DNA of 63,712 bases, filler included, from Intoshia linei (Eukaryota; Animalia; Orthonectida), in assembly GCA_001642005.1 (NCBI GenBank). It is 5 parts of 5 records of this genome, joined end to end, with 100 filler letters (N's around TTAATTAATTAA, not from the genome) between each part and the next. Parts side by side here need not be neighbours in the genome. Positions count along the whole stretch, not along the records: positions 42,403 to 58,147 come from LWCA01000927.1; positions 58,248 to 63,712 come from LWCA01001846.1; 3 more parts are not named here. One strand, written 5' to 3'. The translations under genes were made by a program, and so were the position numbers. The notes under the pieces were generated by a model. It worked only from the letters and a program-made list of their open reading frames with translations, was not told the DNA's origin and did not search any database. Positions 52,482-63,712 of this stretch are shown here, piece by piece (the stretch's first letter is position 1; each line of letters begins with the position of its first letter).

Positions 52482-54795
52482 TCCTTACTTATATAAAGCA
52501 ATTTAATTAAAAATGTATGTCTGTTTGTTCCAGTTTATTTAACAACGTAAGAGTAGTCGAGTTTTAAAAATTCCACATTTCTATTACAGTTTTTAAAGAG
52601 TGATTTTTATCGAAAATTTCATAAATTGAATCACTTCAAGGCCAAAAACCCCAATTGTCCTTTTTTTTTTAAATTCAAACCCGTCCGATAAGTATAAACA
52701 ATAAACAATTATAATCTGATAAAGATTTTAAATTCATCAACATGACAATTTTTAATTTAAAAATCTTATATCTTGACGGCCAAAACCCAAATTACCCTTT
52801 TTTGACAAAATTAAATAAGTCCTAAAATTTTATCAACATACATTCTGGGATAGTTTTTAAATATATAAGCATTATCATAAATGGCAACCTCAACGAATAA
52901 CATTTTCACGATCAAACTCCCAGATTACTCTTTTTTTAAAAAATGAAAGCCACTAGAATTTTAAAAAAAATTATAGACGATACATTTATATCCTGTTAAC
53001 ACACACAAAAAATTCAATCTGACAAAGAGACGCCTTCGCAGTCAAAAAAGCAGTTTAGTATTCATTTTTTTATATCGAAACTATTTTGAAACAATTAAAA
53101 AATAAATTATTCAGATACGGCTTATTCAAGTTGATAAATAATAAATACAAAATTCTAACCCCAGAAATCTACACATTCCTGGTGAAAAATAATTTTTTAA
53201 AATTAAATTTATTATTTATTTTTCTAAGTTAACTGGAAGAAGCAGTATTAGTCAAGATTTTTGTATAAAATTAGGGAAATGTGTGTTTTTGATCGTGAAG
53301 ATGCAATTTTAATTTCTGATGTTTAATTTCATGATAATGCTATTAAAACTATCCCAGAATTTGTTTTTTTAAATTCTCGAATTGATGTGATTCTCGTGAA
53401 AATTAAAAATAATAATATTATTCTGATAGAGCTTATTCCAGTTGATATAAATACAAAATTTTAACCCCAGAAATTTACGCATTCCGGCGAAAAATAATTT
53501 TTAATATATTATCAACAAATATTTTTCAAATATTTTGATTAAAATAAAAATTGAACATGTAAATATTGATCCTACAATTTCAAAAAAAATTTGCAGTGAA
53601 CGTCTACACATTTCCAATAAAGAAATATGGGGGAAAATCTATATAATTCATCCCTTCAGAATTTTTTAAATTGCTACGCAATTTTTAAATTTCAAATTCT
53701 TATTTTCAAAACATTTTAAATACAATTTAAATAGAAACTAAACAACGAAACTAAAACAACTTTGTTAATATCATTTTTATATTTATTGCAATGCTTAGCA
53801 ATTTTGGAAAAATTCGACTAAAATATGTTTAATAAACATATTCGGTTAATTATTNATTCCGGCGAAAAATAATTTTTAATATATTATCAACAAATATTTT
53901 TCAAATATTTTGATTAAAATAAAAATATTGATCCTGCAATTTAAAAAAAGTGCATTGAACGTCTACGCACATTTTCAATATATAAATATTGGTGATAATC
54001 TATATAATTCATTCATTCTTAAATACTCACTTTAAAATTTAAATTAAAACTCAATAACGAATTACTAAAAGTAATACAACTTTGTTATTATAATCCTTTG
54101 CAATATTGGTAAAATTCACCTGAAATATGTTTATAAAGTGCTCATTCCGTTAATTATTGATAAAAAATTAATATTTTTTACTCATCGAAAGAAGATACTG
54201 AAAATACAGGTTCATTTACAGTAAATTTTACTGATCTTAATTTTATTTTTTATGGAATTTAAGCTATTTTGACAATTTTTAGGATTTACCATTTTGGCTT
54301 TATTTTTAAGATTATATATTAATATAATACAGATGTATAATATACACTCATTATCTCTAATAAATTGAATAAATGGGATCAAAAAATTGTTTTTAAAATT
54401 CTATAGAAAAATACTAACCAAATAAAATGAAGTTGGAATTATTCACTTTAAATTAAAAGATAATGTGAAATTTAAGTTTGGGAATGACTCGTTTAAATAA
54501 AGTGTCCAGAAAAATACGTACTATCACTTTTGGTGTATTTGGAATAAATTTTAAGCCAAAACTTTTTATTCGTCATCGTGGATAACTACTTATCAAGTAG
54601 TTTTAGCTTCATATTTAAAACCAAATAAACTAAAATGGGATAGTACGTATTTTTTTTGGCCACTTTACTTTAAGTGATGAGTAGCATTTTTAATTAAAAT
54701 TTTATTATTGAATTTATTTTTTTGGTAGAATTAGATAAGTCCGCCCTCGGCAGAGCTGGGTGCTGTTTGTACGTAGTACAGAACAGTCAACCCAG
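52482..54795 (+). mobile_element. Long non-autonomous Helitron (single-N join at 53855; nested TIR element at about 54500-54667)
   Basis: A|TCCTTACTTATAT start; 3' hairpin GCTGTTTGTACGTAGTACAGAACAG then CCAG|T. Confidence 0.7.
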
Positions 54796-54846
54796 TTTTA
54801 TATAAAATCGTTATTCAATTTAACTAACTTGGAAGAATTGTAGACA

Positions 54847-56120
54847 ATGTCTACTAGACATGTGTTGAATCAACATTGTGTGTATTGCTGAAATTTTCAA
54901 ATTAAATTATATTTTTTATAAGGTTTTTCTATTCTTGCCTCGAACNAATTTAAAAAAATATATACGCTGATACGGATTTTAAAATCATAAACATTATTAT
55001 AAATTTAAATATAAAAAAATTATATCTTCAGGGCCAAAACCACAAATTACCCTTCTTTTTTTAATAAAAACAGCCCTAGAATTTAAAAAAATTACAGGTT
55101 GTACAGTTGTATCCTGTTAACACACACAAAAAATTTCAATCTGAATAAGTGACGCCTTCACGGTCAAAAAAGCATTTTAGTTTTCATATATTTTTTTCTT
55201 AAATAGTTTATTAAAACAAAAAATGTGAAACTATTAACGGTCCGAAAATTAAAAAAAAAGACATTATTCTGATAGAGCTTATTCCAGTTGATATAAATAC
55301 AAAATTTCAACCCCAGAAATCTACGCATTCCTTGTGAAAAATAATTTTTAATATATTATCAACAAATATTTTTCAAATATTTTGATTAAAATAAAAATTG
55401 AAAATATTAATTCTCTAATTTTAGAAAATTTCCAAAATCAATGCTGTATCAATTTAATCAAATTGGAAGAGTATCTCCTACTTTTACGGATGCATCAATA
55501 ATTTCTCAACATATAATTTCATCAAATGTTGTATTTGATCATGTTGAAATTTACTATAATAAATTCAAGTATATTTTATTGAAATTGAGAGATAAATATA
55601 TTTTTTTAAATTTTCTGCATAAAAATAATTAGATCCGTGATTCAACATAATATGAATATTATTAACATTTATAATATTAAACAAATTATGGAATCGAGTC
55701 AATATGGATTATACGACAGTTTGGATGAATCAGTTTTATTGAATTATAATGAATTTTTGCTTTCCAGTATTATTTATTACGTATTGGCTCAAGGAAATTG
55801 TAGTGAACAAAGCTCTAGAATGACGGCTATGGAAAATGCTTCTAAGAATGCAAGTAGGATTACTAAATTTTTTTTTTCTATCTGGTTTATATTACAAACT
55901 TTGTAAATAATAATATTTTCCTTTAAACCAAAAATGTAAGAAACCCTGCCTAATTAAATACCCATTCCGTTTAATTTTTATTGTGCTAATTAATTAATTT
56001 TTCATTTTAGGAGAAATGATTAAAGACTTTGAGTTATTGTTTAACAGAACTCGTCAACGTGTCATTACAAATGAACTGATTGAAATTATTTCAGGTGCGT
56101 CAGCAATTGAAGATGCATAG
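54847..56120 (+). CDS. ATP5F1C: Mitochondrial ATP synthase F1 gamma subunit (middle exons missing at the N at 54946)
   Basis: Exons 55425-55568, 55633-55853, 56011-56120: [13 protein letters not shown]...YNKFK|SVI...[17 protein letters not shown]|REMI...[23 protein letters not shown]. The 5' exons starting at ATG 54847 and at 54923 are tentative. Confidence 0.92.
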
Positions 56121-57332
56121 GCTAGAAAATCCAATTCTGTTATTTACAATAAATGATTTTATTATGATTTTAAAGAGCTTGCACGACCAAAAATTATAAA
56201 AACACAGCTACGTATAAATTATCATAGGATATCAAATACTCCAGGGGTTCCGACACTTTTTTCACGGCGGACACGTAATGATTTATAAAATTTATCGCGG
56301 ATTATTAAAGCGAAATTACTAGTCAACCTTAAAAATAATTTGATAAAAAACGTAATGAATTGAGGGTCTCACTAAACAGTGAATCACTGTAAATCTTAGT
56401 GAATCCAAGTACATTTCAGTGAATCATAGTGAATTTTAATAAATCGCAGTTGACCAAAGAGATTTTAGTTGATTCACTGTGATTTGGTAAATCTCTTTGG
56501 TCGACTGTAATTCACTATTTAGTACTTGATTCACTGTTTAGTGTGACCGATAAATGGAAGATTAATTAGTAAAAATTTTTGAGAAACCATTAATTGTCCG
56601 CGGAACGGCATTTCAGTAACGCTGAAATTCAAGACGAATGATTAATACTCATTGTATCTCAAGAAACATGTACTCATTAAGTATATCAGTTGGTGTCCCA
56701 ATTGATCTTGAGATTTTTATTAAAATCAAAGGTCAGAATTATTACCTTAATCAGACTTTCAACTTTTTTGAACCAACGTCTTATTAAAAAAAATTATTTT
56801 AATTATAAAATAATTATATTTTAAATGCTATTATTACCCTGCTGAATTTCAAACATACTTCAAAATTTAGAAATCGACCATATGGAAGATGTTATTAAAC
56901 ACCATAACATGTAGACGTCACGCGTAGATCAATTTTATTTATAATGACGTAGAAACACTATAATGTGTTTTAATTAAAATTTATTAATCAAACAATCCTC
57001 CATTGAACAATTGATGCATCTTTTCCACCAACACTAATTATACTGTTTTCAGACGAACATTTTATTATTGATACATTCTGATGGTGAGCTTTATACGTTT
57101 GGAAATAAACCTAAAATTTTACATATACAATTTATATTATTTGATATTTTTTTATATATACGTTTTGTATAATACATTTAATACATGCTTATAAAAATTT
57201 AGTTACGACAATGAAAATGTTATATGGTAAATTTTAGTAATAAAAAAGTCGGTAAAATTGAAACTCTAATAATAACAACACTAGCTAATGCACTCATTAA
57301 ATATTATAATACATATGTATATTATAAAGTTA

Positions 57333-58010
57333 CTAACTTGGCTGTTTTGTACTACGTACAAACAGCACCTAGCTCTGCCGAGGGCACTCTTTTATTATAC
57401 CAAAAAAATAAATTCACGTTGAAAATCTAACTTAAAAATCCACTATTCACTATTATTAATCCTTTAAAGGAGTAGTTCTTAAATTTGTTTCAGGTGGAAC
57501 CATCATATCACATTATTTTTTACTTTAAAGTGAATTACCTATCTTAATTTTATTTGTCAACATTTGCGTAAAGAATTTTAAAAACAATTATTATCCCATT
57601 TTTTAATTTATTAAACAGAATGTGTGTATAATATTAAAAATAAAGTCAAAACAGTCCAATCCTAAAAATTGTCATAAATAGCATAAATTACAGAAAAAAT
57701 AAAATTAAGAAACCTATTTTGTCATTTTCAATGTGATGACATATATTCAGTATCAATTTAATAAATAAATCCTAAAAATTGTCATAAATAGCATAAATTC
57801 CAGAAAAAATAAAATTATAAACTATTTTGTCATTTTCAATGTGATGACATATATTCAGAACCAATTAAATAAATACTTAAAAATACCAATTGTGTATCAA
57901 TAATTAATTGAATCTTCACTTAATAAATATTTCAGTCGAAATTTACCATTATTGCAAAGGATTGTAATATAAAAATGATTAATGTTAAAAATGTGTCCAT
58001 ACTTTTGGCC
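57333..58010 (-). mobile_element. Helitron, 3' part, with an internal duplication
   Basis: Degenerate CTAG + hairpin GCTGTTTTGTACTACGTACAAACAGC; block of about 110 bp duplicated within 57658-57880. Confidence 0.7.
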
Positions 58011-60797
58011 TTTTTTCTTGTTTTATATAAAAAAATTGGATTTTATACTGAAAATTTTTCTAAATGTATATCAGAATGAATACATGTATGATAATTAATT
58101 AAAAAAAATTAAAAAAACAATTGTTGTCTTACCTATTTCGGATATCANNNNNNNNNNNNNNNNNNNNNNNNNNNNNNNNNNNNNNNNNNNNTTAATTAAT
58201 TAANNNNNNNNNNNNNNNNNNNNNNNNNNNNNNNNNNNNNNNNNNNNACATAAAAATGTAACTTTATATAATTATATATATACCTATACATATATTTATA
58301 TGTTTGCTATAACTATTTTCACAATTATAGCAATGCGTTCCCTTTGAATTACATTTCTTACATTCATGTATAATATTTTTGCATTCTAAATTGAGAATTT
58401 TATCAATGATAAATAATCATAATGAACACTAAATTTTTTTTTGAAATATAAATGACATTTAAAACATTTGAAATTTTAAATAACGTCTTAAAAATTATTT
58501 GCAATAATTCCTGTAGTCTTATATCTAATAGTCCATGGGTGCACAACCTTTCTACCAATTCAGATGGAAAGCTACTTTCTTCATTGATACTACGGCCGCA
58601 CAAAATTTCATATATCATATAATAATATATAATATTACGAAAAGCGCATTCATACAAAATTGAGCTAAGTTTTTTAAGTTCACTTTTAATTTTTTTTAGT
58701 TTAGAAAATTTTCAAATTTTAAAAAACTTTAAAACTTATAAACTGATTAAGATATAAATGTGAAGAATTTTTTAATAAATTGAAGCCTCTTTTTAAAATA
58801 AATGTAAAATACTTTTATTTATTTGGAGGCCTCTTATTAAAATATAAATGTAAGTACTTTTATTAATTTGAAGGTCTTTTTTAATAAGGGGCCCTGGGCT
58901 ACAGCCCATATTGCTCATGCCTTAAAACGGCTCTGACTAAAGTGTGTTAAAAAGTAGAAATTTTGCGAGTTTCTCTTTGTTTGAATAAAAATAAAGCTAG
59001 TAATTATATATACAGTACTATGTAACTTTTATTTTTTTAAAACGTTGGTTGTCGAGTTGCGCACTGCAAATAAATATTATTCTAAAAAATATTAAAAAAT
59101 AGTTTATTATCTGAATTCTCATTGGTTTATATATTAAAATTAATTTGATATTTGTTACTATTTACATATTTACTTATGATAAGTTTAAAAAATGCGCAAT
59201 CGAACACTCTACCGACGCATAAATGCTGATTTTATAATGATTTTGATTTTGATGAAAAACTTTAATATAACCAATTTTTTGAAAATTAANGCACTGCAAA
59301 TAAATATTATTCTAAGAAATATTAAAAAATAGTTTATTATTTGCATTCTCATTGGTTTATATATCAAAATTAATTTCATATTAGTTACTATTTACCTATT
59401 TACTTATGATAAGTTTAAAAGATGCGCACTCGAACACTCTACCGACGCATACATGCTGATTTCATAATGATTTTGATTTTGATGAAAAACTTTAATATAA
59501 CCAATTTTTTGAAAATTAATAATTATATGTTATAAAGTTTATTCATAACTGAAATTTACTATATAAAATTATATCATATTGTTCAATTATTTTAATTTTA
59601 AAGTGCTTTGCCCGAGAGTTTTTTAAATCTTTTTTGCATTATTTTTTCAAATATTATAGAATTTAACCCTCTCTTTATCGTACGTAAGTGTAATTTTGTA
59701 TTTTCTCAAAAAAATGCAACATTGCACACTTCTAATATTAGTAGTCCGAATGTTTTTTAAAAATTTTTCTATAACTTTTGGTCAAATATTTTGTTAATTA
59801 TAATGTAAATAAAATTCATTACTTACAAATACGATTAATAATACATTTATTAAAACAGGTTTATTATAATATGCAATTATGTACAGATAAAAATATAAAT
59901 AATATTAATATAAAAATAAAGTAAAAACAGTCCAATCTTATAAATTGTAATAAATAGCATCAATTCCAGAAAAAATACAATTATAAAAACCTATTTTGTT
60001 ATTTTTAATGTAATGATATATTCAGAACCAATTTAATAAATACTTTAAAATACCAATGGTGTATCAATTATTAATTTTACCATTATTGCAAAAATTTGTA
60101 ATATATAAATGATTGATGNNNNNNNNNNNNNNNTCAGAACCAATTTAATAAATACTTAAAAATACCAATTGTGTATCAATTATTAATTTTACCATTATTG
60201 CAAAAATTTGTAATATATAAATGATTGATGTTAAAAATGTTTCCATACTTTTGGCTTTTTTCTAAAAATCCCCCTTAAAAGTTTAACAAAAATCGCGTCG
60301 CATTTTATATAAGTTAGGATAAACTAATTAAATACTCATATAAATGGATTTATATTTAAATTTTCGTATTTAAATTAAAATTATCGTCAATATTATGTTA
60401 ACCCTTACGAGACTATGCTAATTTGTAAAATTAAATACAAAAAATTTCACTTTTAAAATGTTAAATAACACTAATATTTAAAGCTTAAAATTCGCAAATT
60501 TTAAATTTCAGTGATTTGTAAAGTAAACAACTTAAATTAAGGTTTAATATTTGGCTTAAAATTTTAGCAATAAAATAGATTTATTTTACAGTGATTTAAT
60601 TTAGTGACGTAATTACAATTACGTAACGTGATTGTATTTTATTCGAATTTAATTTATTTTATTGCCACAAAGTAAACATTGATAATATAATTAATTTTTA
60701 CGCATATTACATGTTATTGTATGAACAGTAATTTGTATAATAATAATGTAAATTTTATTTAAAAAAATTCATGACATCATTATTTTGCCCATCGTAA

Positions 60798-62652
60798 CTA
60801 CATCATCTTTTCTTCTTTAAATTTTTGATTATCATATATCGTATAATTTATTCCATTAATTTCCAAATACCTTTTGGATCTTTTCTGGACTTGAATACTC
60901 GTTCCAGCGTCATATATCACAGTTAAGTATACAATTATGAATATTAAAGTGGGAACTAATATAATTATAACAATCGTTACTGAAATAAGAGCCGGTAGAC
61001 AATGATCTTTANACCATTATTGCAAAAATTTGTAATATATAAATGATTGATGTTAAAAATGTTTCCATACTTTTGGCTTTTTTCTAAAAATCCCCCTTAA
61101 AAGTTTAACAAAAATCGCGTCGCATTTTATATAAGTTAGGATAAACTAATTAAATACTCATATAAATGGATTTATATTTAAATTTTCGTATTTAAATTAA
61201 AATTATCGTCAATATTATGTTAACCCTTACGAGACTATGCTAATTTGTAAAATTAAATACAAAAAATTTCACTTTTAAAATGTTAAATAACACTAATATT
61301 TAAAGCTTAAAATTTCAGTGATTTGTAAAGTAAACAACTTAAATTAAGCATTAATATTTGGCTTAAAATTTTAACAATAAAATAGATTTAATTTACAGTG
61401 ATTTAATTTAGTGACGTAATTACAATCACGTAACGTGATTGTATTTTATTCGAATTTAATTTATTTTATTGCCACAAAGTAAACATTGATAATAAAATTA
61501 ATTTATACGCATATTACATGTTATTGTATGAACAGTAATTTGTATAATAATAATGTAAATTTTATTTAAAAAAATTCATGACATCATTATTTTGCCCATC
61601 TAAACTACATCATCTTTTGTTCTTTAATCTTTTCATTATCATATATCGTATAATTTGTTCCATTAATTTCCAAATACCTTTTGGATCTTTTCTGGACCTG
61701 AATACTCGTTCCATCGTCATATATCACAGTTAAGTATACAATTATGTATATTAAAGTGGGAACTAATATAATTATAACAATCGTTATTGAAATAAGAGCC
61801 GGTAGACAATGATCTTTAAGATGTGGAAAACAAGCAAAACATCCTTTCTNTGAATATTAAAGTGGGAACTAATATAATTATAACAATCGTTACTGAAATA
61901 AGAGCCGGTAGACAATGATCTTTAAGATGTGGAAAACAAGCAAAACATCCTTTCTTGGTGTATACTATTTGAACTTCACATAACGCTAAATTTAAATTAA
62001 TACTAAGTTGTATATTTAATCAACTAAATAATCAAATGTAGTGTACGGCGCAGTAAATCTTATATAAAGTAAATTAAGTAATTTTATATTTATATAATAA
62101 TTAAAGTAAATTTTATTTTAAAATATAAATGACATTTAAAACAATTAAAATTCTAAACAACGTCTAAAATTATTTGCAATAATTACTGTAGTCTTATATC
62201 CCTTAGCCCAGGGGTGCACAACCTTTCTACCAATTAGGCCGCAAAGCTACTTTCTTCATTAATACTACGGCCGCACAAAATTTACTTTGATACTAAAAAG
62301 CTTTAAATCATTTTTAAGAAAGTAATACAAATATTGAATATCATTAAATAGTCCTTGAATAAAATCTGATTTAAACTTTTAATTTAACGTAAAATGATAT
62401 ATTGCATTATGATAGCATGGATTACCCTCGGCAGCAAATCAACGCCCTCACGTCGCATTCTGCCGTACGGCTGCAGGTTTTGCACCCCTGCCTTAAATAT
62501 TTTAATTGTTTTTTTACATGACTTTATACAAAAGCTAATAAGCTTTACATACTATACTAGCGTCGATATATTATAACAAAATCCAAAGACAAAACCTTTT
62601 AAACCATTATCACTGTTACAAGTAGCACAGTCAGTTATAACTCCAGTAGAAT
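60798..62652 (-). CDS. Cys-rich membrane protein, last exon(s); assembled as three overlapping partial copies
   Basis: Acceptor at 61986. Merged copies (61985-61851, 61849-61605, 61011-60798) read ALCEVQIVYTKKGCFACFPHLKDHCLPA-LISVTIVIIILVPTLIFIIVYLTVIY-DAGTSIQVQKRSKRYLEINGINYTIYDNQKFKEEKMM*. Possible upstream exon 62652-62596 DSTGVITDCATCNSDNGLK. Confidence 0.55.
62209..62490. mobile_element. hAT MITE; related copy near 58534
   Basis: CAGGGGTGCACAACC / GGTTTTGCACCCCTG TIRs. Confidence 0.7.
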
Positions 62653-62829
62653 CTAAATAAAAAATTTTATGAACTATCAATTATCATAACAAACACTAAA
62701 TATGATTTAAAAATATTATATTAACTATTTAGTTTTTTTGAAATGACCTAAATTTAAAGCTAATATCGTTTGCAAATATTCTTAATAATCTTATTCAATA
62801 TTTATATTTCTGGTCTTATATGTACAAGT

Positions 62830-63660
62830 CAGATGACATGTAAATATATTAAGACAATTTCCAATTTTAATTAACGAATATCAATATATAATTAACATGG
62901 TCGATCATTATACAAGTTAACCACAATTCGTGCCATTAAATAATATAACCGCTGAATTTGTGTCAAGAGCTATATATCAAAATATTATTGTAAGATTCGC
63001 TCCGCATAAACAAATATCGACAGACCAAAGTAGACAATTCGAAGCAACTAATCTACTATGCAAACATTTTATAGTATCAACTACATTAACTCAAGAAGAA
63101 GCTTATAGGCACCAGCAAATCAGTATTGTAAAACGGCTGAACAAAACCTTTCGCGAATAACTAAAAACCAAATATCCAAAAGATTTTGAAAAATGAGATA
63201 AAGACATTATCATATATTATCAACCAATATTTTTCAAATAATTTGATTAAAATCAAAAATTAAAAATGTAAATAATTATCCTAGAATTTCAAAAAAAAAG
63301 TTAATTATACGTCTACACATATTATTATCGATTTGACTTTTATTGTCACGCCGGCGTAACTAAAATTTACAATCTTATTCAATATTTATATTTCTAGTCG
63401 TATATGTACAAGTCCGATGGCAAATCGATATATTGGGACCATTTCCAATTTTAATTAACAAATATCAATAAATAATTAACATGGTCGACATTATACGGGT
63501 TAACCATAATTCGTGCCATTAAATAATATAACCGCTGAATTTGTGTCAAGAGCTATATATAAAAATATTATTGTAAGATTCGCTCCGCATAAACAAATAT
63601 CGACAGACCAAAGTAGACAATTCGAAGCAACATTAACTAAAGTACTATGCAAACATTTTA
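62830..63660 (+). pseudogene. Two tandem decayed Gypsy-type LTR-retrotransposon integrase fragments
   Basis: QIDILGPFP...MVDHYTS*PQFVPLNNITAEFVSRAIY..IIVRFAPHKQISTDQSRQFE, the rve core with stops and frameshifts; copies at about 62830-63170 and 63415-63660. Confidence 0.75.
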
Positions 63661-63712
63661 TATTATCAACCAAATATTTCAAATATTTCGATTAAAATAA
63701 AAAATTAAAAAT

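Noticed and set aside
59061-59519. Tandem duplication of about 230 bp
   Set aside because: The copies abut a single N at 59290; most likely overlapping contig ends or haplotypes.

Overview
Very AT-rich animal nuclear DNA with GT-AG spliced genes, many 36-45 nt mini-introns and dense DNA-transposon debris. The style resembles a reduced invertebrate parasite genome such as the orthonectid Intoshia (inference only). Four identical artificial 100-nt spacers (44 N + TTAATTAATTAA + 44 N) split the window into five segments that may not be genomic neighbours. Genes reconstructed by hand splicing: the 3' part of G-protein beta-5, an atypical DIRAS/Rhes-like GTPase, GLRX3, intronless PSMB6, a divergent 3'-truncated cullin-3, a 3'-truncated MATE/SLC47 transporter lacking conserved glutamates, the 3' end of a UPF1-like helicase with a damaged motif, an orphan Asn/Lys-rich ORF, ATP synthase gamma, and the last exon of a Cys-rich membrane protein present in divergent copies. 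Repeats include a Helitron family, hAT/hATm, Ginger-type integrase, Tc3-like, pogo, piggyBac and Mutator/foldback MITEs, and Gypsy integrase relics. No CRISPR array, rRNA or convincing tRNA was seen, and I cannot support a new multi-gene system. The best leads are the degenerate proteins and the TE families. All homology calls come from remembered family motifs, not database searches.
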